Notes: generated by a model not told the origin, from the letters alone. 64,000 bases of DNA from Mobula hypostoma (GCF_963921235.1 NC_086097.1:217312001-217376000); one strand, 5' to 3'. Counted from the stretch's first letter, positions 24,547 through 37,898 are shown. Program-made: numbers and translations.

Positions 24547-27500
24547 TCATAGTCATAGTCATAGTCATACTTTATTGATCCCGGGGGAAATTGGTTTTCA
24601 TTACATAGAAAACATAGAAACATAGAAAATAGGTGCAGGAGTAGGCCATTCGGCCCTTCGAGCCTGCACTGCCATTTATTATGATCATGGCTGATCATCC
24701 AACTCAGAACCCTGCACCAGCCTTCCCACCATACCCCCTGATCCCCATAGCCACAAGGGCCATATCTAACTCCCTCTTAAATATAGCCAATGAACTGGCC
24801 TCAACTGTTTCCTGTGGCAGAGAATTCCACAGATTCACCACTCTCTGTGTGAAGAATTTTTTCCTAATCTCGGTCCTAAAAGGCTTCCCCTTTATCCTCA
24901 AACTGTGACCTCTTGTTCTGGACTTCCCCAACATCGGGAACAATCTTCCTGCATCTAGCCTGTCCAATCCCCTTAGGATTTTATACGTTTCAATCAGATC
25001 CCCCCTCAATCTTCTAAATTCCAACGAGTACAAGCCCAGTTCATCCAGTCTTTCTTCATATGAAAGTCCTGCCATCCCAGGAATCAATCTGGTGAACCTT
25101 CTTTGTACTCCCTCTATGGCAAGGATGTCTTTCCTCACATTAGGGGACCAAAACTGCACACAATACTCCAGGTGTGGTCTCACCAAGGCCTTGTACAACT
25201 GCAGTAGTACCTCCCTGCTCCTGTACTCGAATCCTCTCGCTATAAATGCCAACATACCATTCGCCTTTTTCACCGCCTGCTGTACCTGCATGCCCACTTT
25301 CAATGACTGGTGTATAATGACACCCAGGTCTCGTTGCACCTTCCCTTTTCCTAATCGGCCACCATTCAGATAATAATCTGTTTTCCTATTTTTGCCACCA
25401 AAGTGGATAACTTCACATTTATCCACATTAAATTGCATCTGCCATGAATTTGCCCACTCACCCAACCTATCCAAGTCACCCTGCATCTTCTTAGCATCCT
25501 CCTCACAGCTAACACTGCCGCCCAGCTTCGTGTCATCCGCAAACTTGGAGATGCTGCATTTAATTCCCTCATCCAGGTCATTAATATATATTGTAAACAA
25601 CTGGGGTCCCAGCACTGAGCCTTGCGGTACCCCACTAGTCACTGCCTGCCATTCTGAAAAGGTCCCGTTTATTCCCACTCTTTGCTTCCTGTCTGCTAAC
25701 CAATTCTCTATCCACATCAATACCTTACCCCCAATACCGTGTGCTTTAAGTTTGCACACTAATCTCCTGTGTGGGACCTTGTCAAAAGCCTTTTGAAAAT
25801 CCAAATATACCACATCCACTGGTTCTCCCCTATCCACTCTACTAGTTACATCCTCAAAAAATTCTATGAGATTCGTCAGACATGATTTTCCTTTCACAAA
25901 TCCATGCTGACTTTGTCCGATGATTTCACCGCTTTCCAACTGTGCTGTTATCACATCTTTGATAACTGACTCCAGCAGTTTCCCCACCACCGACGTTAGG
26001 CTAACCGGTCTATAATTCCCCGGTTTCTCTCTCCCTCCTTTTTTAAAAAGTGGGGTTACATTAGCCACCCTCCAATCCTCAGGAACTAGTCCAGAATCTA
26101 ACGAGTTTTGAAAAATTATCACTAATGCATCCACTATTTCTTGGGCTACTTCCTTAAGCACTCTGGGATGCAGACCATCTGGCCCTGGGGATTTATCTGC
26201 CTTTAATTCCTTCAATTTACCCAACACCACTTCCCTACTAACATGTATTTCGCTCAGTTCCTCTGTCTCACTGGACCCTCAGTCCCCCTACTATTTCTGG
26301 AAGATTATTTATGTCCTCCTTAGTGAAGACAGAACCAAAGTAATTATTCAATTGGTCTGCCATGTCTTTGCTCCCCATAATCAATTCACCTGTTTCTGTC
26401 TGTAGGGGACCTACATTTGCCTTTACCAGTCTTTTCCTTTTTACATATCTATAAAAGCTTTTACAGTCAGTATTTATGTTCCCTGCCAGTTTTCTCTCAT
26501 AATTACAGTTGCACCATAAATAATAAATAGCAATAGAACCATAAATAGTTAAATAGTATTATGTAAATTATGCCAGTAAATTATGAAATAAGTCCAGGAC
26601 TAGCCTATTGGCTCAGGGTGTCTGACCCTCCAAGGGAGGAGTTGTAAAGTTTGACGACCACAGGCAGGAATGACTTCCTATGACGCTCTGTGCTGCATCT
26701 CGGTGGAATGAGTCTCTGGCCGAATGTGCTCCTGTGCCCACCCAGTACGTTATGTAGTGGATGGAAGACATTGACCAAGATGGCATGCAACTTAGACAGC
26801 ATCCTCTTTTCAGACACCACCGTGAGAGAGTCCAGTTCCATCCCCACAACATCACTGGCCTTACGAATGAGTTTGTTGATTCTGTTGGTGTCTGCTACCC
26901 TCAGCCTGCTGCCCCAGCACACAACAGCAAACATGATAGCACTGGCCACCACAGACTCGTAGAACATCCTCAGCATCGTCCGGCAGATGTTAAAGGACCT
27001 CAGTCTCCTCAGGAAATAGAGACGGCTCTGACCCTTCTTGTAGACAGCTTCAGTGCTCTTTGACCAGTCCAGTCTATTATCAATTTGTATCCCCAAGTAT
27101 TTGTAATCCTCCACCATGTCCACACTGACCCCCTGGATGGAAACAGGGTTCACCGGTACCTTAGCACTCCTCAGGTCTACCATCAGCTCCTTAGTCTTTT
27201 TCACATTAAACTGCAGATAATTCTGCTCACACCATGCGACAAAGTTTCCTACCGTAGCCTTGTACTCAGCCTCATCTCCCTTGCTGATGCATCTAACTAT
27301 GGCAGAGTCATCCGAAAACTTCTGAAGATGACAAGACTCTGTGCAGTAGTTGAAGTCCGAGGTGTAAATGGTGAAGAGAAAGGGAGACAAGACAGTCCCC
27401 TGTGGAGCCCCAGTGCTGCTGATCACTCTGTCGGACACACAGTGTTGCAAGCACACGTACTGTGATCTGCCAGTCAGGTAATCAAGAATCCATGATACCA

Positions 27501-27752
27501 GGGAAGCACCCACCTGCATCACTGTCAGCTTCTCTCCCAGCAGAGCAGGGCGGATGGTGTTGAACGCACTGGAGAAGTCAAAAAACATGACCCTCACAGT
27601 GTTCGCTGGCTTGTCCAGGTGGGCGTAGACACGGTTCAGCAGGTAGACGATGGCATCCTCAACTCCTAGTCAGGGCTGGTAGGCGAACTGGAGGGGATCT
27701 AAGTGTGGCCTGACCATAGGCCGGAGCAGCTCCAGAACAAGTCTCTCCAGGG
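24547..27752 (-). mobile_element. Rex1/Babar-type LINE, 5'-truncated, 3' UTR split by a CR1
   Basis: Intact 330-aa RT ORF 26605-27597 (FFDFSSAFNTI, GAPQGTVLSP, QKFSDDS); tail (CATAGT)n at 24547-24570. Confidence 0.88.
24606..26501 (-). mobile_element. Young CR1 LINE, 5'-truncated, with intact 508-aa RT ORF
   Basis: Uninterrupted ORF 24704-26230; (CATAGAAA)n tail; TSD ATTACA at 24600-24605 and 26502-26507. Confidence 0.96.
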
Positions 27753-30700
27753 TCTGCCATCATATTTATGAATGATCTATGAACACTACCTAGCGATTCC
27801 TCTTTTTCACACAATTTATTTATTTTTGTAACTTACAGGAATTTTTATGTCCTGCATTCTACTGCTGCCACAAAATTACACATTTCACGATATGGGTCAG
27901 TGTTAATGAACCTAATTCTGAAGTGATAAGGGGGTATAACAGTGAAGGCATCAGGAGAAACCTCTTATGACACTTGCATCCATAGCAAATGCCCATAAAT
28001 ATAAGGAAATTCTTTTTGTTAGAAAGGACAAGGCAAAGAAAAATGACTGTCAAATGGGTATAGACTGCAATTTATGTACAGAAGTCTGAAGATAGCAGGA
28101 TGCTGAGAAGAACAGAGAAACAGTAAATGGAATCTTTGGTTTCACAAATGTATGTTCACAAAAGCTAGATGAAATAGTGATTAAATCTCAGCTGGAATAT
28201 GGTACTCATTTCCAGGCAGGTATTCAGGAGGACAGAAAGGCAAAAGGTGCTGAAGAGACTTATTAAAAGGATACCAAGGATAATGTAGCAGTTACTTAAA
28301 AACAAACCAAAGTGCTGAGAGACTGAGTACGGGAGTTGACACATGCTCCCAAAATAACTGAGTTCCAAGTCGAAAAAAGTTTGATTCTTTATTACGAAAC
28401 CAAAGATGAACGATCTTATAGCGATAAAAATCTAATGGAACTAAATTAGCAAAATAAGCTTATTAACAAAAAATGTGTTCCCATTAGCAGTCAACAAAAC
28501 AAAACTCGCCCGACTCAAGCCTTCTCAACTAAACTGGTTAACTAGGACAAAGAGTATACATGACTATACTCAGTTGCTTCGGCCATGGCCCAACCCAGGT
28601 GACAAATTGCCCATAATAAACACACAGCACAAAATACAATACAGACAGATAGAAAATAGATATATGGCACCTACAGATAAAACATCTTTTTGGCCAGCAT
28701 GGACATAATTGAATGGCCCTCTTCTGAGCTGTGCATTTTTATAATGGTATGAACTTCTTCATTAGAGCTAGAGTCCAGCTGTTAGAGATTTGTTCTAATT
28801 AAATATGATCACATCATTCATCATAGGCCAGATCTTCAAATTTCTTGTTCTACCTTTCACCTCAGCTTCCAATTTCCAGAATGTGAGTGCAGTTATTTCC
28901 AATGCACTGTTTCTATTGATTAGAGCTACTCCAAAGTACTGTGGCTTTGACCTGACCTACTGTTAATGTTTCCAATTAATTATCAGCACAAATTTGTTGC
29001 TTCCACAGTCAAACTTGAAATTCTGTTTTATTTTCTAATCCATTATTTATACTTGAAGTACCTTAGATTTAAAAAAAAAGATACATAGATCTAGAGTTCA
29101 TTCTGTCCCATACATTATGAAACATTGGTATGACTTGTACTCGCAATCTAGTGGAAAATTTACAAATTTTCTTCCATAGAAGCTGCAACAACATTTAATA
29201 TGTTTGATATTTAACAATTGCTATCCTATGCAACTTTTGTAACTCCTTTGGGTATTTGTTTTGTTTTATCTACATCGGAGGGAGTAACTCCATGATTGCT
29301 GTCACACAGTGAAACTGTAAAGTTCCCGATATTTCTGGGAGGCTAATAAAACAAAAGTGCAGTGATAATTTATAATCAATTTTCAAAAATCACCTTAGAA
29401 ATTTACAGCAAAGATCAAGTATACCAATGTTATTTGACTTGCAAGATTAAACTAACAATTTTCTGTCTCATATCAAGATCCTGATCATTTAAACAAAAAA
29501 GTGATTCATTATATTATTCACAGGCAGTCCAGAACTTGGTCTTGTATCTGGTTTAGTACATTAATACATAGCAGTTTAAAGGTGACCCTATTTCTCTAAT
29601 TTAGCAGAATGGGTCATATCACTAATAAGGCAATCACCTTGTTAATATAGAAAGAAGCAGGTCCCACAAATACAGCACTTGCATGACAGTTATACCTGAG
29701 TATTCGCCATATGATACATCCTTTCCTCAGAAAATTTTTATTCAAGTGAACTACAAATCATGGGTATGGTGGATTTAGCCTTTCATTTTCATTGAAAGTG
29801 AATATACGCAAGGAGGTGAACACTTTCAGTGATCAATACTCACAGGGACAGACAGAGAGCCAACAAAAGATCAATTTCTTGTTTGATTTTCTTTATAAAC
29901 AGAAACACTAGAAATTCACTTAGAGTTTGGCTACAAACCTAGCCAGCATTTTTAAGGCAAAATCTGCTTGGCTGATGGAAGCTCAGCAGGTGCCAAGTTC
30001 AGGATCACTTCAAAAAAAACTTCCCAAGATGACTCAACTGAAGATTACTTCAAACATGAGACCACAGTCAGTGCAGATTGGTAACATCTCACCGACAAAG
30101 GCACAGCTCAAGGATGTGTGCTTAGCCAACTGATCTGCTCTCTCTGCACTCATGATTGTACAGCGAAGTACAGCTCAAACACCTTTAATAAATTTGCCAA
30201 AGACACCATTATTATGGTAGAATCTCAGAATGCAGTGAAGAGGCATACAGGAGTGAGATAGATCAACTGGTTGAATGGTGATGCAATAACAACATTTTGG
30301 CCCAAAATGTTGACTATACTCTTTTCCAAGATGCTGCCTGGCCTGCTGAGTTCCTCCAGCATTTTGTGTGTGCTGCTCTTCGCCTTTGCCATCAGATTTC
30401 TGGATATTCCATTAACACTACCTCGTTACTCTTTCAACACTATTTTTGTAACTTAAAATAATTTTATGTCTTTTCACTATACTGCTGCCACAAAAGAACA
30501 CATTTCATATTCTATATGTCAGTGATATTAAATCTGATTCTGGACATGGGGAATGGCCCTATTCAATCCAAAATGAATCTCTTCTTGCCCTCCATTCAGT
30601 CACTAATAGGGAAATATTTGCATTTTTGATTGAAGGCAACTAATACAACTAGTATTATTACTATGTTATTAGTGGGTTGTATCAAATAGCTTGTGAACAT

Positions 30701-31014
30701 AACTTCAAGGCTTCAAAATTTGCATGAAAGAAAATAAATAGCTTCCAGTTGAATTTATCCTTTGAATTAAATGTTGGCACCTTTCCTCACGCTGTTTGTC
30801 CTACCCTCTTAGATTTTATCAGTATTAATGTTGATGCAGCTTTCCTCAGGTCCGGGAACTTTAAGAAAACATTGTTTGTCCCAGCTGAGCAATATTTTTT
30901 ATATTTTCAGATCTAACTAGACATTGCTCAAGTTCCTGAAAGCAGCCCAAGTAGTACAAATTATATTTGTAGATTCTCCAGAAGGGTTTGCTACCAAACA
31001 AGTTATGTAGATAC

Positions 31015-31175
31015 ATAGAAAACCTACAGCACAATACAGACTCTTCGGCCCACAATGCTGTGCCGAACATGCACTTACTTTAGAAATTATCTCGGGTTAC
31101 CCATAGCCCTCTATTTTTCTAAGCTCCATGTACTCTGTACCATGTATCCAGGACTCTCTTAAAAGGCCCTATTGT
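31015..31175 (-). mobile_element. Short CR1 3'-end fragment
   Basis: ACATAGAAAACCTACAGCACAATACAG...CGGCCCACAATGCTGTGCCGA resembles the reverse complement of the CR1 end at 61860-61915. Confidence 0.65.
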
Positions 31176-31389
31176 ATTTCTGATTTGCCCTTTCATACAA
31201 GGTTATAGGTACCAATTATAAACAAAATTTTCAAGGGAATTACAAGACTAAAGACTAAATTCTTTTGACTAAAACTAAAATTTCCCAAATCAAAAGATTT
31301 TTGGTTTTGATTGCTTTGTGAAAGATGTTAAATGAAGTAGCATTTTTAAAATTAATGAATGCACATTATAAACAACGCCACAAGCTTAC

Positions 31390-31539
31390 CTGCAAAGGTA
31401 TCTCAAATCGGACAGTTTTTGAAGTATTTTGCTGCTTTATTTCAGACAAGATAACATTTCTGCTCCAAGTACTTGTGGTGATGTCTGATTTTTCTGGTAA
31501 AAGTGTTTTCAGTAATGAAGTGTTCAACTGGTTTTCAGA
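31390..31539 (-). CDS. MYBL1: MYBL1 coding exon 15
   Basis: ctcctttacag|SENQLNTSLLKTLLPEK...VRFEIPLQ|gtaagc; 150 bp, phase 0. Confidence 0.85.
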
Positions 31540-31782
31540 CTGTAAAGGAGAGGTAATTTGTTTTTCCAAGTCAATTATTTTTCTGATTTCCACATTTACT
31601 GTACTTCCAAATGAGGAGCATGCAAGGTTCTAAGTTTTAACAAATTACTTAAGGTGGCTACCAGTAAACAAGCCTATTCCTAGCCCACTCACTTTACCTC
31701 CTTGTGGAAAACAAGCATCTTAAAAAAAAACTTTTCTTCAGAACACAATTTTGACCAAACTAACGCAAACATGAGGAATTCT

Positions 31783-32660
31783 GCAGATGCTGGAAATTCA
31801 AGCAATACACATCAAAGTTGCTGGTGAACGCAGCAGGCCAGGCAGCATCTCTAGGAAGAGGTACAGTCGACGTTTCCGGCCGAGACCCTTTGTCAGGACT
31901 AACTGAAAGAAGAGCTAGTAAGAGATTTGAAAGTGGGAGGGGGAGGGGGAGATCCAAAATGATAGGAGAAGACAGGAAGGGGAGGGATGGAGCCAAGAGC
32001 TGGACAGGTGATTGGCAAAAGGGATATGAGAGGATCATGGGACAGGAGGCCCAGGGAGAAGGAAAAGGGGGAGGGGGGAGAAAAACCCGGAGGATGGGCA
32101 AGGGGTATAGTCAGGGGGACAAAGGGGAAAAAAGGAGAGAGAGAGAGAGAGAGAGAAAGAATGTGTGTATATAAATAAATAACGGATGGGGTACAAGGGG
32201 GAGGTGGGGCATTAGCGGAAGTTAGGGAAGTCAATGTTCATACCGTCAGGTTGAAGGCTATCTAGACGGAATATAAGGTGTTGTTCCTCCAACCTGACTG
32301 TGGCTTCATCTTGACAGTAGAGGAGGCCGTGGATAGACATATCAGAATGGGAATGGGATGTGGAATTAAAATGTGTGGCCACTGGGAGATCCTGCTTTCT
32401 CTGGTGGACAGAGTGTAGGTGTTCAGCAAAACAATCTCCCAGTCTGCGTCGGGTCTCGTCAATATATAGAAGGCTGCACCGGGAGCACCAGACGCAGTAT
32501 ATCACCCCAACCGACTCACAGGTGAAGTGTCGCCTGCCACTGATCTCTCTCCTGGCACTTATCCTTGTAAGCGGAACAAGTGCTACACATGCCCTTACAC
32601 TTCCTCCCTTACCACCATTCACGCCCCCAGACAGTCCTTCCAGCTGAGGTGACACTTCGC
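31783..32660 (-). mobile_element. PLE 3' part (GIY-YIG plus terminal repeat) with an inverted 5' segment
   Basis: FTCESVGVIYCVWCSRCSLLYIDETRRRLGD...EQHLIFRL..LQPDGMNIDF; 32536-32660 is upstream PLE sequence in the opposite orientation. Confidence 0.9.
31865..31900 (-). ncRNA. Minimal hammerhead ribozyme motif (G8A variant)
   Basis: AGTC-CTGACAA-AGGGTCTCGGCCG-GAAAC-GTC-GACT. Confidence 0.6.
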
Positions 32661-33358
32661 CTCTGAATATTTTTAAGACAGCTTCTGAAAAAGCAAGTGA
32701 TTCAAATTGGATCGGAGATGGGCAGGAAAAGATGAGGCTACACCTGTATCAGTCACCATTTTAGTAAAAGGCAGAGCAGGGTCAGGGGACCGAGCAGACT
32801 ACTCTCAATCCACACAATGGTCTCCAAACCCAAATCAACAGCTTCCATATGTAACATTATTTTAAGTTCCTTAAGACTTTTCACTTCCATGGCCATAACC
32901 ACTGAAACCATCATTTACCACTGAAACCATCATTCATGCAAGAGGTTCATCTACTGGTAGCTCAGCTCAAGAATAGAAACAGCAAATTGTAGCTGGATGA
33001 GCACTTGAGAGCAAGACTAGAAAATAGATTACTAGAAATAAATCATTTTAAATGCAACATATATTCCAATAACAAAATTTAATCGGAACATTGTTAATAT
33101 CCATTCTCATTGGTTCATACATATATCCCACAGTGGCACATAGTATGAAGGTTAATGCTAATACAACTAAACGGAACTCAGATTCTAAAGAAACTATTCA
33201 TCAGCCTTTTGGAATCTAGAGTCAAAAACTATCTTGTTGAATAATGAAAATGAATGACAAGTTACATCTTCTAGTGAAGTAGGTACTAATACTAGATCAC
33301 TCTGATATTTATAATTAACTTTCCTACATTGCCAAGTTTCTAGAAATGACACACTCAC

Positions 33359-33466
33359 CTCTACATCTGAAACAAAGGTCTGTGTGAACCTTTGCGTACC
33401 AAAGTCATCCTTGTTCCAAGTATCTAAAGCAAGAGATTTTCGTACTTTCTTGAGAGGAGTCGTATG
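33359..33466 (-). CDS. MYBL1: MYBL1 coding exon 14
   Basis: HTTPLKKVRKSLALDTWNKDDFGTQRFTQTFVSDVE (KKVRKSL motif); cag acceptor, GTGAGT donor; 108 bp. Confidence 0.93.
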
Positions 33467-33605
33467 CTGTGATTTTTTTTTGGGGGGGGGGGGGGGGAGT
33501 CCAAAGCAGAGGAAAGTAAAGTAAAGGAGTAAAGATGAAAATTAGAAATCAGTTTTTATTTTGTTTACAGATCATCAAGGCAGAAGTGAGAAGCTATAAT
33601 ACTAC

Positions 33606-33722
33606 CTCTTGTTCACAGACTTTGAAAAATGGATCCATTCCTTCTCCAAGTAATATGTCAGCCCCAGTCTCCTTCTTCAAGACCTCACGAATATCCTCTT
33701 CTAAATGTGCAAGTGATTGAGG
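33606..33722 (-). CDS. MYBL1: MYBL1 coding exon 13
   Basis: PQSLAHLEEDIREVLKKETGADILLGEGMDPFFKVCEQE; AG/GT; 117 bp. Confidence 0.93.
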
Positions 33723-34204
33723 CTAGGTAGTCAATGGAGTAATTCCTTAGTTTTACTTAAACACATGGTATTGTTTTAAGCTGGTCATATTTTAATATTA
33801 GTATCGAATCACATTTGTAAAATGTCCTCTAGATGTTAAAATTCAATGGTTTCTTTACAAATTAGTGCAAGTAAACCTTCAGTTAAGTACCTTTTATCAA
33901 GAAAGAAACAGTTGTTTCAGGTCAGCAATTATTTATCAAAGTTGGGAAATATTAGAGATAAAAACTTTTAAGCATAATTTGACAATAAATTCAACCTGAC
34001 TTTAAAGAGACTTTTGTTCAGTCTGGAACCAAGCCCCCCGCACCCCCAACCGAGTTTCCAGCTATCTGCCATTTAAAATTTTCCACCTCACTTTGACACC
34101 AACCAATCTCACATAAATTTGACAAGTAACTTTCTGTCTACTGACAAAGCACCCATTTGATCTACCTTCACAATTTTAGATAATCAGTAGTTTCCTTCAG
34201 TCAA

Positions 34205-34495
34205 GAGATACAGCATATGGGGCTCTTTGGCTCTATGAATCTGCACCGACTACCAGCACTTAATCTTATTCTCCCCTCATTCCCATTAAGTTAGCCCTCC
34301 CCAGATTCTACCACTCACCTAAACAACTGGGGCAATCTTTTTGTTTTACTATGACACATTACCTGGCTGGGATGTGGGAGGAAAGTGGAGCACTGAAACC
34401 CAGACAGTGACAGTGAGAATATAAAAATTCCACACAGACTGCACTGGAGATGAGGATTGAATCCGAGTCGTTGGAGCTGTGAGGCAGCAGTTTGA
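34205..34495 (-). mobile_element. Degenerate V-SINE-like SINE
   Basis: TGTGGGAGGAAAGTGGAGCAC core and tRNA-like head GGATTGAATCCGAGTCGTTGGAGCTGTGAGGCAGC. Confidence 0.6.
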
Positions 34496-35241
34496 AATGT
34501 GTACATAATACAGTATCATTTCACATTTCCAGCAATCTTAACTTGTACTGTCAAATCTTTTATTGTTGAATCTCTCCAGCCTTCTACTCCGGACACCCTT
34601 CTTTTCCTCCCACCCTAACATTCCCTGCATCTTAAAACTTAATTTATCTTTAACTTCTGAATTCCCGATGAAAGATCATTGATTGCAAATATTAAAGTGT
34701 TTTCTCTCTTCACAATTGCAATACTCATTTGCATTTCAGATTTCCAACATCTGAGTATTTTGCTTTTGCTTCATAATTAGGAGTCTTTCAAATTTTAACT
34801 ATTTTATCAGTAGTAGCTGCAAAAATACAAATCAAAAGGCAAAATATTTTAAATACCTGAGATTGTTAAATTATCAACACAAAACTAATATACCATGTGT
34901 AACAATGATAACGCCTGAAAGAATGATAAATAAATCAGAAAGCAAATAACAAAAAGCTTATTTGCTGCAGACCGCCTTTTAAAATTTAATTTTTCCGCTC
35001 AAGGCAAACTCCAGTAGATTTAAGTACCACAACTCAGCAGGATTGCTTGGCTGCTACTGTTAAGTTTCTTTTTGTTGCTGGACAGTATCACTGCACATTC
35101 CAGTGAACACTAAACCAACTTTTAAAGGGGGCATCAAAATAGCAGAACAGAACAATATATGGATCATGCAAAAAACTAAGATAAGCAGATATATGCTAAT
35201 CAGAACTAAATCATAACATATTACTACAATACTACTCTTAC

Positions 35242-35356
35242 CACCATTCTAAGAGGCCCATATTTCTTTTCTTGGGCAGCAAGTGCATTCTTGAAAGGGG
35301 TAGGTGTCCTCGGAGTGCTGTCTAAAACCGTTCGTCTTATTGTGGGGGTCCTGAAA
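35242..35356 (-). CDS. MYBL1: MYBL1 coding exon 12: TPTPFK motif
   Basis: FRTPTIRRTVLDSTPRTPTPFKNALAAQEKKYGPLRMV; AG acceptor, GTAAG donor; 115 bp restores phase 0. Confidence 0.96.
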
Positions 35357-36721
35357 CTACAAAATACAGATGTTATTTTATGAAAATACAGCAAAAGAAA
35401 TGAAAAACAAAATGAACAGTTTCTAATGAAAGGACCAAATTGCAATATATAAATGGAAATTATTCATTGAGCCAATGAAATTGAGAGTGAGCTGCTCTTG
35501 GGTCGCCAACTATTCAAAAGGGAAATATTTAAAGATAGATATATGCAGCTGAACGTAATTTCAATGAATCTTTGGATACCTCATTTGTTGACAAGTTTGG
35601 GAACCACAAATACATTAGAATATTTGCTAGTAATGAATGTGTTGATTCAACCTAGCCTAGTAAAATCAGCCAAGATCAAAATACCCTAAATATATTGATT
35701 CAGAGCTCAACTGATCTCACCAGAAACAATGCTCTATCACAATCCATTGCATTACCAGCCAATTTTGAAACAAATTTGCCAACTTGCCTGGGATCCCACC
35801 CGTTCTAATCTTCTGGACCAATCCATGACCAATACTCACTTTGTGTAGATTATATCAGCTGCATTGCCCTTATTAATACATCTGTTATCTCTTCACAAAA
35901 TTCAAGTTAAATCGGTACCTTACAATGCTATGTTGATAATCTTTGATCAACCCCAACCTTTCCATGTAAATATTAAACCCATCCCTCAAATTTTTTATCA
36001 TCACACCCTTACCACTGGCGTTAGATTAATTGACCTGTGATTACCCAGAACCCTGTTGCCCTTCCTTATTAGCTGTCCTCCAATTATCTGGTACCTCATC
36101 CTGGTTGTAAAGACTTAAACATTCTGTCAAGGTATTTTAATCTATCTCAGGATAATGAAGTAGGCAAATGATTACTGGGGCCTTGACAAAGATCTTTGAT
36201 CGAATCTTTTGATGAGGTTCCAGAAAATTGAAGAATAGCCAATGTTGTTCTTTTCTTTAAGGAAGGCAACAGGGAGAAACCAAGTTATAGACTGCTCCAT
36301 GTAGACCACAAAAATGACATAGCATTCCTTATTGTTACTGATATAGTGAAAAGTGGACATAGGAGAATGGGGCACCATATCAACATTTAAATATGGCAGA
36401 AAGCCTGTGAGTAACCACAAACAAACTGACAATTTATTTATTGAGGGAGTACACAGAGATACAAGGCAGTCAGTTTTAAGGATGTACATAAGCATTTGTG
36501 ATCTCAAATCAAATCACATGATAATTCAGAAGGGAACGCTAGTTTTCTCACTCTGCAGCCAAAAGTAGGATGTAAGGTGCCAGAAACAAGAAAGAGAGAA
36601 TTGTTACATTTACCATTAAGTTTGTCATGATCTGAATTTGGATCCACTTGCCAAAGATTAAAAACATAAGAAAATGTAAAATGATTCAATAGTGTGTTAG
36701 AGGAATAATAAAACTACTCAC

Positions 36722-36864
36722 CCTACGTTTTCTTTTTGAACTCTAGGTGTTTGGTCTTTTCGCAGTGGAGTTGTAACTAGAACTTTCTGCCCACAGACTG
36801 GAGTCGAAGTAAGTGCTGCATTATCAATGTTCAGGTGATCGTTACCAGAACAGATATTAAAAAA
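36722..36864 (-). CDS. MYBL1: MYBL1 coding exon 11
   Basis: FFNICSGNDHLNIDNAALTSTPVCGQKVLVTTPLRKDQTPRVQKENVG; donor GTGAGT; 143 bp. Confidence 0.95.
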
Positions 36865-37374
36865 CTGGGTGCAGGGGAAATAGAATATGAATGAAGAATA
36901 GTTAAATTGTAGTAATCTTTCAGAATGTACAGATGATTATGTTTATTATAAAATACTTCAACAAGCTAATAGTAACCAATAAGAAAAATGAAGCTACTGT
37001 AAATAAGATATAATGCTAATAGTACACAAACATTCAACCAACATCCGAAAAAGATAAAAGATCATATAAATTAATTTTACCACAACAGCTCCTATTGCAA
37101 AGTTTATTGGCAAAACGCCAGTCTATTTTGTTTTCTATCTATCTTTCATCCCTACACATTCTGAGAAATGTAGTTTGAAATGTTCAGGAACTTTATTTAC
37201 TTTTTCTGTATTACTTTATTTTTTTCCCCCAGTTAAGGTCACTTCACTTATCTCCTTCTTGTAGTATTAAAGACTACAATCAAATTCCTTCATTGAAAAT
37301 ATTCCCCAACCAAGGAAGTCCTGAGTACACTGGGCTCATGATCCCTAAGAATTTATAAGAACAGGAATGGCATT

Positions 37375-37670
37375 GTAACATAGTAGGCAGTGCTGCTACT
37401 TCACAACTTCAAGCAACCTGAATTTAACCCAGCTTCAACAATACCAGTATGAAGTTTACATTTCCCCCTCTGAGTGTATAGGTTATCCCAGGTACTCCAG
37501 TTTCCTTTCACATTGCTAGGTTGTGCCTGTGAGTTAATTGGCTATTGTAAATTGCTTCTAGTGGGTAGCAGAGGAAAAAATTCAAGAGGTTGTTAACAGG
37601 TTTGTGAGTAAAATAGTTTACTGAGAAACTCAGAGGAAGAGGATTGATGGCTGAATGGCCTTCTACACAT
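37375..37670 (+). mobile_element. Degenerate V-SINE-like SINE
   Basis: CCAGGTACTCCAGTTTCCTTTCACA and TTAATTGGCTATTGTAAATTGC core blocks. Confidence 0.55.
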
Positions 37671-37898
37671 CTGGATGATAAATACAAGATTCTGAGTGGG
37701 CTTCATAGGTTAGATGCCATGAGGATGATTCACTTGGTGGAGGAATAAAGAACTGGGTGACTCCTCCACCCCTCATCCAAATATAAAGATAAAAAAGTAC
37801 TTTTCGTTAAGACAGGACAAGCAGCACAACCTCTCAAAGTATTACGAATCCAGAATTCTCTAAGTCAGAAAGATGTGGATAAAGTTGTTAAAAACGTA

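Noticed and set aside
24704..27597. Intact RT ORFs as domesticated genes or a novel RT-based system
   Set aside because: Both are 5'-truncated LINE ORF2 pieces with tails; the CR1 has a TSD and a near-identical sister copy, so recent insertion explains the intact frames
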